Assembly: GCA_021613535.1 (NCBI GenBank)
Contig: CP075494.1
Location: forward strand, 15,872,001-15,936,000
DNA from: Adineta vaga
Taxonomy: Eukaryota > Animalia > Rotifera
Length of the DNA stretch: 64,000 nucleotides
Reading direction: 5' to 3'
A program made the position numbers and the translations under genes. This document shows positions 1 through 12,592 of the stretch, in pieces (within the stretch, counting starts at the first letter, position 1; the number at the start of each line of letters is the position of its first letter). The notes below the pieces were generated by a model. It did no database searches. It was not told the origin of the DNA and was given only the letters and a program-made list of their open reading frames with translations.

Positions 1-126
1 AACGTTTAGATAGATTGAAGAGTTTAGGTTTTCAATATCACAGCGACCAGCCTTTCGAACTCATTTCTCACACGACTGTTCACTTTCTTTTAAGGAGAAG
101 AAGAAAAAACAACAAATATTGATAAA

Positions 127-2879
127 CTATGTTAAATAAAGGGTATTTAAAACAAGAACATGATGATTATTTTTAGCTAATGTAACAATAAAACCATCCG
201 ATGTTATTTTTAATCCACAACAACGTGATACTTTTACATATGGACAATCAAATTCTTGTAAAAAATCACCTGTACGTGAAAATACAGCGATATGAAAACG
301 ATTTCCATGAGAATCACCGATGATCACATCACCTGTTGTTACAATAACGAAGAAAATTTATATAGAAAATTCAATTTCATTATTTTGTTCTTTCTCTTAC
401 CGGCATCACTTATATCAATTCCATTGGGAAAATTTGTTACACTTTCGGAACCAATTCGTCGTAAAAATGTTCCATCTTCATCAAAAACAACAACACAATG
501 ACCCTAAAGAAAAGAAAAGATGAATTTCTTTTTCAAAGAAATCATTTTATTTACTTTAAAATCACAAACAAAATATTCATTATTAAAAATTGCAATATCG
601 GACGGTTCTCTCATATAATCTGAACAATCAAACCATTTAATTAAATCTCCTGCTTCACTAATACAAAAAACCGTTGGTGATACCGAATCAACAGCAACAA
701 TATTTCCTTGAAAAAAGAAAAACAAAAATCGATTTCCAAATAAAATTTCAATAAACAAACCTTGTTGTGTAATAGCTAAACCAGCAACAATATCAATATA
801 ACGAATTGAAATTTTTCGAATGAAATGTCCATTTCTTGTAAATATTTGCATTCTACTTCTTTCATTACCTCGATCACAAATAACAAATTTTCCTGATTGT
901 CGAATAACAGCAACTTTTCTTGGATACCATAATTGTCCTTCTTCTTTACCAGGCATACCAAATTGATATTTATATTCACCTGTTTTATCAAAAATTTGTA
1001 TTCGATGATTATTTGTATCAGCAACAATAATTTCTTCATCAATACCAAGACAAAATCCATGTGGAGCATTAAATTGACATTTTTGTGGACCTAATGAACC
1101 AAATTTTGCACGAACTTGCATAGATTGTCCACTACGACGTATCATTGATGTTTGAGATGGAAAATTTAAATTAATATCAATAGTTGAATTAGGTGCAATA
1201 CCAGAAAATGGCGTAGTAGAACGACTGTTATTACCATTACTTGATCCACCACTATTTGTACTTGAATATGTTGCTAATAATGATGGTGGTGGATATTGAC
1301 CTAAACTATTCGTTGGTGGTGATCGTTGTCCTAATGGTGGTGCAGATACTTGACGATTTAATGTTGTATATGAATTATCATGTTGTTGAACTTGTTGATT
1401 CATTTGAAGAATTTGTTCTAAATTACTTTGAACATTTGGATGAATTGTTGATAATGAATCAACAAATATTGATTCTAATGCACGAAGATTTTCTACAACT
1501 GGTTCAGTATCATTTGTTGAATTATTTCCAAAATAATCTTCACGATTTGCACCTGATGGTGAAACACCATTGGATAAAATTGTACCACGAGATGAAATTT
1601 GTCCTACACCCATACTACCAACACCTGATGATGATGAAGCTGAATCTCCATTTGTTGATGATAATAATGAACCTCGTTGTTGATGATGATGATTATGATT
1701 TGTTGGTGATAAAATTGTTTTCGATTGTGGTTTTATTAATTGACCAAAATGAAGTTTCATTGTTTGTTGAAATTCTTGTGTTGGTGTACTTATAAATTGT
1801 ATAATATCATGTTTATTATCATCGGAATTATTTTCATTAATTTTATCTAATTGAAATAATTTTTCAAATGAATGAATTTTTTCATCAAATAATTTTGCTT
1901 TTAATTGCACTAATTCATTTAATGAACATTTTATTAAACAACGTTGAAATAATACTCGACTATCATCAAATGATTGTGAACCTTTTTGTATAGTTTCTAA
2001 TTTATCAATTAAACGCATTTCTTCATCACGTTGTAAACTATTTAATGTTGATAAACAATCATTATAAACTTGATTTAAGATTTGTTGATATTGTTGATGA
2101 GCTAAATCGATTTGTGTTTTTGTTTTATCATAAATTTGTTGAAGTGATGTTAATTGATGATCAACATTTGCCAATGCATTTGAACGTATTTGATCAATTT
2201 GATCGAGTTTATCATTTAAATCTGAACGAATTTGTTCCAATTGATTTTTATGTACATCATGTTGTGGTATTGGATGTAATAATAAACATTGATCACATAA
2301 TGGAATTGAACATGTTGTACAAAAGAATTTAATTTCATTTTTTGAATGAATTGTACATTTACGTGCGCAAGTTTGTTCATCAATTGATATTTGAGATAAA
2401 CGACGAACATGATGTTGTTCAAAACATTTCATATATTGATGAGCTTGACAACATTTAGCACATAAATAAGATGAACATGTTGAACAATGTGCCACACCAA
2501 TATCATTTGATGTACATGCACGACATTCAATTGAACCATTTTTTAAAGCAAATTCTTCCATTTCATGTATTAAGATATAATTATCAATTAATTGATTTAA
2601 ATTTGTTAATTCAGTTATTTGTTGACATGTTGGACATTTAATATGATCGGAATTTTCGAATAATTTCTCACAACATGATAAACAAAATGTATGTGTACAG
2701 GATAAAAATTTTGGTTGATTAGAAAATATTTTACATAATGAACATTTATATTGATTATTATCATCATGTTTGTTTTCTTCATCATCATCATCTTCAAAAT
2801 TAAATAAAGAATCTTCATTATCTTTTCGACCATTTTCTTCGAGATTTTCATTTGTTTCGATGAATTTTGTATCTTCCAT
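127..2879 (-). CDS. mei-P26: TRIM-NHL protein (RING, 2 B-boxes, coiled coil, NHL propeller), Mei-P26/NHL-2 type; 4 exons (introns 707-760, 504-554, 333-400)
   Basis: RING CSLC..CTH..CLSC..CPTC; B-boxes CRAC..CSTC..H and CTIH..CTTC; NHL motifs [57 protein letters not shown] typical of Mei-P26. Three GT-AG introns restore one frame; ATG at 2879. Confidence 0.9.
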
Positions 2880-3615
2880 TTTGGCTTTTTTTTTAAATAA
2901 GATAATCACTCTTGTTTTTTTTTAACACAGACACAGAAAAAAACGAATCAAACAATAGATAATCACCTTATTATATCAACAAAACAACAACATAGTAAAC
3001 AAATACCATGTAGAATTTTATCGAGCCTCTTCTGTTTTTTTTCGAGAATATTGTTTCTAAATTATTTTTCATTTTTAAACGAATTTTTTATAAGATTTTT
3101 CACTAAAAATTTCATTTATTTTCAATTAGCGACATCTTTATACATATAATAAAATTTCAAGTAAGAAATTCTTTGAATTTTCCAATTTAAAAGTTTATTG
3201 GAAATATTTCTATGACTTCGAATTTTTCTTTTTCATTTATTTCTTTACAGAATTTTTATCATAAAAATAGCCTTAACAAATCATTCAACTAGAACAAAAT
3301 CCTTGTCTATTCATATGATGAAAAATAAAAGAAAACGAATTCATCTCATTTACTTAACCCTTGAAAAAATTCTATAAGAGCCTAACATGCTTTTTGCTGG
3401 ACGAAGATGAGTTTAATTGAAGTTCAAAAGAGATATTCTTCACACTCTCAAGATTGTTCCATAAATTATTGACATAGTTCGAAAGGTGATCGATAAAATG
3501 GGTATTAAAAACTCTAATAATGAATAATACAATTCAATATATCATTTATTTTATTTCAATTCTAATTCAATAAAAAAGTATCTAATAAATAATAGATTTT
3601 CTTCGAATAAGAATT

Positions 3616-4806
3616 CTATAGTGGAAATTCATAAGATATAGAATTCTTTTCAATCCAATCTTTGATATTATTAAGTGTATCTCTTGCTTCCGGATAATAA
3701 AGATAAAATAATGGATATGCATGTGCTAAATCAATTCCTTCTTCTAATATTACATCAATTCCAACTTGTTTTGCTTTTTCAACAACTTGTCGAGAATCAT
3801 CTTCTAACATTTCAGCTGTACCAACAGTGATGTACATTGATGGAAATCCTTCAAATGATCCAAATAGAGGACTATATATTGGATCATCTCGTTTGATTTG
3901 TTCATGATTATGTCCTAGTACTTGTTTAATACCCCAAGTTAATGACTCAGGACGAATTAAGACATCGACAAGACGATTACGAATATAACTTTGTCCAGAT
4001 GATGATAAATCTGTCCATGGAGAAATAAGAATAACACTACGAGGAATTGAATATTGTTGAGAGATTAAACTTTGAACTGTTAATAAAGCAAGACCACCAC
4101 CAGCTGAATCACCCATAATGGTGATATGAGAGGAAGAGATATTTTCTTGTTGAACAAGTGCATTATATAATGTAACTGCATCATCAACAGCTGATGGAAG
4201 AGGATGTTCAGGTGCAAGACGATATTCCAAATGAATTAACGACATATTAAATAAATGAGATAAATAACATTCATATCCACTATAACCTTGATAAAGAAGG
4301 AATAAATACAAATAAGAAAAGAAATACAACTCACTATGAATATCTCCAGCTAAATAAGCTCCACCGTGAAGATAGATAACAATATTTTTCGTATTAAATT
4401 GTTCATTTGTTCGATGATGATTCACCCAATAAGCATCTACTGTATGTCCTTGATGAGTATAGATTTGTTTTTTAACTTGACATAAAGTTGGTTTAGGAAC
4501 AATAACACTTAATGTAAATGCAGAACGAATTTCTTTAATAACAGATTTTGGATCAGCTAATGGATCTAATTCAACTAATGGTTTTAAACGAAGTAATGTT
4601 TCAAATGCTCGATAATCTGCACTAAGTGTTGGACGATTTTCATCTTTGATAAAAGTATACGTTAATGATAAGAAAGAATGTATACAACGAACACGAAGGT
4701 ATTGAGGATTTATTGATCCATAACGAAATGGAATAAGAACTGCAATAATCAATACAAGAATTGAAAGATTTCTAATGAATTTCCAAATTCTGTTGATCAA
4801 AAACAT
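3616..4806 (-). CDS. Alpha/beta hydrolase, hormone-sensitive-lipase (GDXG) family, with N-terminal membrane anchor; one intron 4287-4334
   Basis: HGGAY oxyanion motif, YRLAPEHP, GDSAGG nucleophile elbow, C-terminal His (LAHAYP). The 48-nt in-frame GT-AG intron explains the ELYFFSYLYLFLLYQ insert in the ORF track. Confidence 0.88.
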   Translation of the reverse strand: MFLINRIWKFIRNLSILVLIIAVLIPFRYGSINPQYLRVRCIHSFLSLTYTFIKDENRPTLSADYRAFETLLRLKPLVELDPLADPKSVIKEIRSAFTLSVIVPKPTLCQVKKQIYTHQGHTVDAYWVNHHRTNEQFNTKNIVIYLHGGAYLAGDIHSELYFFSYLYLFLLYQGYSGYECYLSHLFNMSLIHLEYRLAPEHPLPSAVDDAVTLYNALVQQENISSSHITIMGDSAGGGLALLTVQSLISQQYSIPRSVILISPWTDLSSSGQSYIRNRLVDVLIRPESLTWGIKQVLGHNHEQIKRDDPIYSPLFGSFEGFPSMYITVGTAEMLEDDSRQVVEKAKQVGIDVILEEGIDLAHAYPLFYLYYPEARDTLNNIKDWIEKNSISYEFPL

Positions 4807-6096
4807 ATTAAAAAAACAGCCGTTTTACTGTGGTGTAAAATAAAATAATGATTTAGCACGTGTCTTTTCTTTCTCTTTTCTGTTGTTTTCTTTTGGTCAT
4901 ATATCTATATGTTTGTCTCTTCATTTATCTAGAGAAGAAAAATACTTTCGTGCAAATAATGAATTACAATTTGTAAAGAACGTTCGACTACATATGCAAG
5001 GAAATAATTGATTCTTGTCTGTCTGTGTAAGGATCAACGGTCAAGTTCAAAGGCCAAATCTTGATTTTTTTATGAGTCACGTTTACCGTTTCACAGTGAT
5101 ATAAACTAATGAGGACTTGCTCTTTTTTGATGAGTATCATCTGCATACGATGAGTTGCTATTCACGTGATAGTTGTATTGAAAAAAATGATGCGTAGTTA
5201 CAGACATGTAGTCTGAAAGAAGAATTCAGATTTAATTAAATGTATTTATACATTCTATTTGAAATAATTGAGAAATTTCAGTTTATGTTTTTCGACCGTA
5301 TATGGAAGTTTTATCAAAGAAAATAACCTTAAGAAATCATTCAACTAGAACAAGTCGTCTCATTTATCAAAAGAAAATCCTTGTCTAGTCATGAAAAGAT
5401 ATCTATTTGATCGAAATATGTAGAAATCATTAGAGTTATGTCAGAAAATTGAAAACAATTGAGAATACTTATTCGATATTTTACATCTTCAATCTGCAAC
5501 TATGACTGGAAGAAATCATAAAGTTTCATAAGGTTAAAAAAACTCACCAATGCAAAAATATATTGAACTGGAATTATTTTTCCAACAAAAAGCAATAAAG
5601 ATTCCTATGAATACAACTATGTAGGAATTGTAACGTCTATAAAAATCGTTTAGATACATCTTCTCTACAGTACAGTACAGTACAGTATAGGATGAAGAAT
5701 TAAAATTTTTTCAAACCTCTCGAATTATTTGATAATTTTCTACATAAGAATAAACTTCGAAGTATAAAATCTTGAACGTTTCCGTTCATTAACTAAGTAG
5801 GCTTGAAAGGATTAAATTCATAATGACAGTATTTATTTTATTTATGATGAATTATTTAGATTTGTATAAAATATTAAATTATAATAAAAAGATTCTTCCG
5901 AACAAATCATACAATTACATCGAATCGAATCATGTCATATGATATTTCCATTTCGAAAATCTTCGTTAACAAAGATGACAGATTAATTAGATAAAATAAA
6001 CTGTTTTGCTTCAGTCATCGACTGGAAGCTTTTGATATAAAAAGAAGATTTGAAAAACAAGTTAATCAATATACATTCTTCTATTTAAAAACAAAC

Positions 6097-6999
6097 ATGG
6101 TATCAAATACATCAAGTCGTTTTCAGATTGAAGATTATTATATTGTTTGTTCATTATCGACATTATTTGCTATTGTAGCAATTTTGATCAGTCTTTTGAT
6201 ATTATTTCTTGTGTGGCATACGAAACCTCGTTTACACACAATAAATCATTTGTTAATATGTAATACAGCTATTGCATCAATTCTATATTGTTTAATAACA
6301 ATAAATAATTATATTTATTTAATATTTATATCATGGAATTTAGATGAAATGAGTTGTCGATATCGAGCATATTTTGGATATGTTGGAATAGCAAGTGTGA
6401 TTTATTCATATTTAATTCAAGCTATTTCACGTTTATTTTTTTCAGTATTTTCAACAAAATATCGATTTTTAACAACATTTAAAGTACATTTTATTTTAAT
6501 TGGAATTCAATGGTTTATTGTTATTTTAATTCCATTATCTATTCTTTTAACAAAAGATATTCAAATGACACCTTTAACATTATGTTGGATACCATTGAGC
6601 AAAATTATTCATCTAATTTCTAACGCATTTAGTGTTTATTTTATTCCAGTTGGAATTATTATTTTTATTTATATTTATATTTTTTATCATGTTCATCAAA
6701 TGACAAAAAATGTAAGAATAATAACAAATTCATTTAAACGTGATCTTCAACTTCTTCGAAATATTCTTATTTTATTATCAATTTATCTTGGAGGTTCAAT
6801 AACAACTCTTTTATATATGATGACTTCAATTAAAATCATTTATCTCAGTGGTTTAGTTGCTATAACATTAACTGTTACGATAGAAAAAATATTTACATTA
6901 ATTTTAGATCGAGAAATTCGTGAAGTTATTACCAATATGAGACGTCGAATAACACCTGTTGTTTCATTTCAAACTACAACAATAACATTGAACAAATAA
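6097..6999 (+). CDS. Single-exon rhodopsin-like 7TM receptor (orphan)
   Basis: 300 aa with ~7 hydrophobic segments; LLICN in TM2, Cys before TM3 (MSCRYRAY), QAISRL at the DRY position, ILDREIR after TM7. Confidence 0.8.
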   Translation: MVSNTSSRFQIEDYYIVCSLSTLFAIVAILISLLILFLVWHTKPRLHTINHLLICNTAIASILYCLITINNYIYLIFISWNLDEMSCRYRAYFGYVGIASVIYSYLIQAISRLFFSVFSTKYRFLTTFKVHFILIGIQWFIVILIPLSILLTKDIQMTPLTLCWIPLSKIIHLISNAFSVYFIPVGIIIFIYIYIFYHVHQMTKNVRIITNSFKRDLQLLRNILILLSIYLGGSITTLLYMMTSIKIIYLSGLVAITLTVTIEKIFTLILDREIREVITNMRRRITPVVSFQTTTITLNK

Positions 7000-7000
7000 C

Positions 7001-7052
7001 TCGAGGGTGTGGGTGAGGGCGAGGGTTGAGAGTACACCCAAACCCACAAGAT
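7001..7052. repeat. Short hairpin element with telomere-like TGTGGG/TGAGGG arms (copy A)
   Basis: tcgagggtgtgggtgagggcgagggt...cacccaaacccacaagat; related to copies at 14871, 25221, 44765, 60320. Confidence 0.6.
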
Positions 7053-8048
7053 TCAAGTCAATTAATCTGAAAAAAAGATAGTTGTAGTAAAAGTAAAATT
7101 ATAAATAAATTATAAGATATTACAAAAAGCTAACAAAATATTGTTTACTTTTCTTATTTTTTCAGAGAAAGAAGGAAAAAATTATTTGTTTTGAACATTA
7201 TTCATAAACAGTGCAGGATGTACTATTGTTAACGATGAAGATAAAATATGGACAATGCATGTTCCAGTATAATTTTCAATTAATTCGATCAAAAGAATCT
7301 AGTAGTAAAGAGAACAGTTTTCAAAGATGAATTGTATGAAAAACATCAGAATCATTCATACGTACACATAGTGTACAAACATTTTCACTCGAGCGAATTG
7401 CAGCCATCAAAGATGTTATAAAAGTTCGAAAATTTGTTTACAATGCACTGCTATATCAAGAGTGTATAGATCAGTATAGATACATAGCACCATCGTTGTT
7501 TATTTACAAAGAAGGTTATGATAGATAGTAACTAATATTTTGCTTTAATCTACATGACAGAAAAATCAGTTGTGTAGTAAATTTTACATTGTTTCTTCTT
7601 AAAAATATACGAGTATTTCGCATATTTTCACATGAAACAACTATTCGATTTTTGTTCTTACTTCATACAAAAGATGACTTTATTTTCTTGAATATTGAAG
7701 TTACTGATTGCATTTTTTGGTAACAAAGCTTTATTGTAAAAAAGAACAACACTGTAACATAAAGTCAACGGAAGGTATTGTACTTCTACATAAGCTGGAG
7801 TAGAGAAAAAAAAAAGGACACATGACGTATGTCTTTTGTCCGTGACATAGTAATAAGAACGAGAAAAATTTTATATGCCAATAGTGAGTGTAGATGGGGT
7901 GACGCGTGTAAAGTCTTACATATGTGGTAGAAGAAAAAGAGAAAGAAAACAGAAAACAGAAGATATAGTGGTACTATATGGATAGATTGGAGAGGAAGAG
8001 AAAAGAAGCTGGATTGTATGTGACATGTTTTAAATCAGCAAATATATT

Positions 8049-8336
8049 GACTCGATTTCATATTGCATATAAGAACGAGCAAAGAATTTACTGGATATTG
8101 TAAGGATCAGCAAAGACGTTGACTCGATATCATATTGTATATAAGAACGAGCAAGGAATTTACTGGATATTGTAAGGATCAGCAAAGACGTTGACTCGAT
8201 ATCATATTGTATATAAGAACGAGCAAGGAATTTACTGGATATTGTAAGGATCAGCAAAGACGTTGACTCGATATCATATTGTATATAAGAACGAGTAAAA
8301 GAATTTGCTGTATACATGAATCGGTTTAAAGATTGG
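8049..8336 (-). repeat. 72-bp tandem repeat (4 units, with degenerate copies to ~8490) in the LINE 3'UTR
   Basis: Unit start gactcgat at 8049, 8121, 8193 and 8265 (exact 72-bp spacing). Confidence 0.95.
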
Positions 8337-8569
8337 CTCGATATTATATTATATATAAGAATGCGATCAATAAATAACTGAATAGAACGAAAGAACGATA
8401 CAGCATATAGATTGAATCGACTTCTTATTTTGTATAAGAACGAGTTAAACGAAGTAGCTGAATAGTATATTTGATTGCGATATATCGTTTTTTACATCGA
8501 TTCGACTGACACAAGAATAGTCTATTCTCTCGATGTTACTATTATATGTAATGGTTGGTGATTTCTTTT

Positions 8570-10155
8570 TTAAATTTTGTCTAAGATGCATTGTAGATGA
8601 TTCTTCAGTGTAATGTCGTTGTTTGTTGTTGCCTTTTGAAGTGTATGTTTAAGTAGTCCTATTGCATAATCTTTGATTTTTGGAATGTTGCTGATCTTGT
8701 GGATATATTTGACAGATGTATATATGGGTAGTCCGAGTGCAGCTCTAATTGCTTTATTCTGCATGATTTGTAAACGGTCCCATACTTTTTGATCAGCAGT
8801 AAGGAGAATAGGATGTCCATAAATGATAACTGTGCGTACAATTGATTTGAAAATATTTATCATCGTCTTGTTGTTGGGTTCATATGCTGTTCTCGAAAGA
8901 TATCGAAGTAGACCGATCCGAGGAGCAATCTTGCTTTCAATATGTTCGAGATGTGCTCGCCATTTTAATCTTTTATCTATATAATTACACCCAAGTAACG
9001 TGTGGAGTCCAGTGGTTTGATGATGGTGTCTTCAACTTTAACTTTCACTGGATTCTTGTAGTGTTTTCTTGGATGTATGCTGAAGTGTATCAGCTCTGTC
9101 TTAGTTGGTTGAAGTTTTAATTTCCATGACTTGCACCAACTTTCGAATGCATCTATGGATTGTTGTAATCTGGTGTTAAGATTTGTTAAGGTGTTGCCAG
9201 ATGTCCATAATGCAGTGTCGTCGGCGAACAACCCATGTTCTGTATGAGTTGGTATTCCATTCATCGAATCTGCCGTATACATAATATAAAGTAATGGTGA
9301 TAACGGAGATCCTTGTGGTGTACCGCTCTTCAGATTAAACGGACGTGATAATATATTTTCGATTTCAATTGCAGCCGTTCTATTGCTTAAGAATGAGATC
9401 AGATAGTTGATGATGAAACAGGGAAGACGTAGATCATTAAGCTTGTATATCAAACCATCGTGCCATACCGAATCAAATGCGGCTTTGATGTCGAAAAGAA
9501 TGACAGCTGAGTGACGTCGTCGACGTGGTCGTCTAAGTTGTCCTGCAGCGTATCTTTCTAATCGCACGATGTTGTATATAGTGCTTTTACCTGGTCTAAA
9601 TCCGGCTTGATGTTGTGGTAAGATGTTTCGTCGTTCAAGTTCGAGCATTAAACGTTGTTTGATTATTTTCTCCAATAGTTTGCCTAAGCAACTAAGGAGA
9701 CTAATCGGTCGATAGCTAGACGGTTGTTGTTTGTCTTTCTTTGGCTTTAATAGAAGAATAATATTAGCCTTTTTCCACATTGCTGGAATATAACCTTGTT
9801 TCAAAATTGCATTAAACAGATTTGTTAGATGCTGTACCAGTAATTTTGAATGATTCTTCAAACATCGGTTATGAATGTTGTCTGGACCAGTGGAGCTATT
9901 TCTAAGTTGTCTTATATGATTTTTGACTTCTTTTTCTTTGATTTGCTTCCACTTTGGTGTGTTTGAAGAGGTTATAGTTTTACTTTTGACTTTGTTTGCT
10001 TGGCGTGTTACTTGATCATGAAGTGGCAACGTATCAGCAGTGTGAGAGTAGACTTCATTTTCGAAGTAATCTGCAAATAAGTCTGCTTTCTCCTTGTCTG
10101 ATGTTGCAGTTGTATTGTTGTATTTCATGATGTTGGCGTAGGTTTGCTTGATCCT
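8570..10155 (-). pseudogene. LINE ORF2 reverse transcriptase, lacking the endonuclease and frameshifted
   Basis: YRPISLL, QAGFR, FDIKAAFDSVWH, GTPQGSPLSPLLY, FADD, RYLGV motifs. A 2-bp TA duplication near 8978 (ATT ATA TA GAT) breaks the frame, which resumes DKRLKWRAHLEH..MINIFKS..LDKI* at 8570. Confidence 0.9.
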
Positions 10156-10999
10156 TTACTGATTGCATGAGATTGATATGGTGCTCATTCATGCATCATT
10201 TCTCTTTAGAACAAGATTTGCTTCTGAAAGTTGTGCGTAATAATATTCAACTTTAGCGCATGCATTTCCACAGCTTCAAACTCAATTTTTTAAACTATTA
10301 AATAAATCTCTAAAAAACAATAGATGGTTTCAGTCGACATCGACGGTCACAGTTCTTTAAAGAGTTAATAAACAGTAATAAAAATAACTTTATTTTATTA
10401 TCGACTACCTGGTATCCAATACCCTTCATTTTAGAGTTATAAATCTCAACGTAAAAGTAAATGACATAATTCGATTGAAAGTAAATACTGAACATGGAAT
10501 CAATTTCAATCGATTTCTAATGTTTGACTATGCCCATCTGACAGCTTTATATTGATAAGTTGACTTAATTCGTAATTTAGATTAAACAAATGCCTTCTTA
10601 TCTTATTGACCTATAACATTTAAAAAAAAAACATTTTTTTTATTCTCTTGTAAAACGCGATAGATTGCATTTTATTTTGTTTTGAAACATTTCTTTTCAA
10701 TGGGTTCTTCGTTCAATATTTTCCTTATTCTGGTTTTATACCACATCCTTTTGATTGTTATTACCATTATTAGAAAGAAATAAATCATAATCTTCTACAT
10801 ATGCTTAACGTTTTCTACCCATAAATTATTGTATAAAAATAGCATATACATTTTTTTACTTAATATTTACTAAAAATAAAATATCAACACTCTTTTCTCA
10901 TTGGTTCTTGTACATATCAATATATATTTATTTGCTATTGTTAATCCTATACTTTTATCATTTTTTTTTCTGTGAAGTGTGATTCTTTTCATATCCATC

Positions 11000-11364
11000 A
11001 TGTTATCTACTACTAATTCTGAAATTGATAATTAACTTGGTTAACAAAAACAAAACATCATGTTTTTCTCATATATACTATTGACAAAGATGGTTCTTGT
11101 GCAGGTGGTTATCATGATTTATTGTTGAAGATTGGTGGTGATGCTGAGGGTAGTTCATTTGAAGAAATGTGCGACGAAGCTTATGAATCATTACAAGAGG
11201 CTGTAGATGGCGAACAGAATATACCGTTTGATGTTAATAATATCAAGGACTCAGTTGTATTTGATTGCCTGGAATGTGAGAATATAAATGAAATGGATAT
11301 GATTTTTGATTCGGCCCATGAAGGAAAAACTTTTAATGACTTGAAGAAAATTCTTGACAAGTAA
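11000..11364 (+). pseudogene. Small acidic protein-like ORF, probably frameshifted near its 5' end; function unknown
   Basis: Open frame 11032-11364 with protein-like sequence (DKDGSCAGGYHDLLLKIGG..DLKKILDK); the nearest upstream ATG (11000) is one base out of frame. Confidence 0.3.
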
Positions 11365-12592
11365 GATATTTCCATTTTTCTGAAAAAAGGGAGTAGATGA
11401 TCGCAATTAAATATCGAATCAGTTCGAGACTTCAAGAAAATCTATGATAAAATTATTTTCAAGTCGTCGTATTAATAATAAAAATTAACAAATAGAATCA
11501 AAGATTCTCTAAGAATTTAGCAAATTGTTTTCTATTGACTAAACAATATAGACGAACATTTTCATCTTGTTCTTCATGTATAATGTGCGATACATAACAT
11601 GATACGATACATTTCACATAGAGACTAATATATATTCATTATTGTTCTTGATAGTTCGATTCTTTTTTGTAAGTTGTAGTTTATTTCGCGAGTTAAGAGA
11701 AAAAAGATAAAAATAACTAATTAATTATAAATTATTATATAAAAAAATTTGAATGAAATATTTATGATGTTATTAATATATTTCACACAATATGGATGGA
11801 TAATCCTTATAAAGATTATTTTAGTAAACAAATCAATTGATGTTCAACAAGAAATAAACTTTTATTTCATCTCAGATATTACACTTATTTATATTTCTTC
11901 TCGAATTGTTTTCATGAACAATTATATGTCATATTATATTAGATTAATCTTTTCATCATGTTTTTCTTCTTCTCACTCGACACAGTACAGCCAAGTTTAT
12001 AAAGATTAATAATACACTCAGAAAGAATAAACAAATATACGAAAAAAATTAATGAAATCAGAATAAAATTAAATGATAATGTTGAGAATATTATAGGAAA
12101 ATATGAATTATTTCTGTACAACATGTTCAATTATATTATATGATTTACGTCTATTCTTATTCTTATTTGCATCTCCACAACATAACATTCATAAAAAAAT
12201 CAGTTCAAATAGATTCGCGTCAATTTTAATGAGAAGTATCAAAAATTTCAAATCAAATTTCTGTCAAATGACGTTTTTCTTATTATGATTCGATTAAGAA
12301 TATGTATAGCTAAAAATATTCATAAAATAAACTTCAATATCTTGAAGATTAATAAGTTTTTCACCATAGAAATTATCGATTGAAATGAACGACTCATATA
12401 TTTCCTATTTCTTTTATTTATCTTCAAGAACGAGATATTATATCTTGTAGTAGATTTACCATAGAATCAATTATTTAAAACGAATGTTTATTTTATTCTT
12501 TGTCCTTCAAATAAAAGATCAACTTTGAACCAAGAACATAAAAATAAAAAAGACAACGAATGATATTTCTTGTTTATCTAATAATGAAATGT

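Larger units (their letters stand above)
7714..10155 (-). mobile_element. 5'-truncated non-LTR retrotransposon (LINE, jockey/Hebe-like)
   Basis: 13-bp target-site duplication ttactgattgcat at 7701-7713 and 10156-10168; on the minus strand AATAAA (7730-7735) then a short A tail next to the left TSD; RT coding region; 3'UTR tandem repeats. Confidence 0.92.

Noticed and set aside
707-760. Hydrophobic inserts in ORF-track proteins (also 4287-4334, 20017-20073, 52038-52085)
   Set aside because: These are stop-free GT-AG introns of 3n length read through by the ORF caller, not protein segments.
1241-2851. Several overlapping ORFs within mei-P26
   Set aside because: Shadow frames of an AT-biased coding region with no recognisable motifs.
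8030-8317. ORF with a 24-aa repeat, and possible CRISPR-like array
   Set aside because: It is the translation of the 72-bp tandem repeat; units are contiguous with no unique spacers, and the context is eukaryotic.
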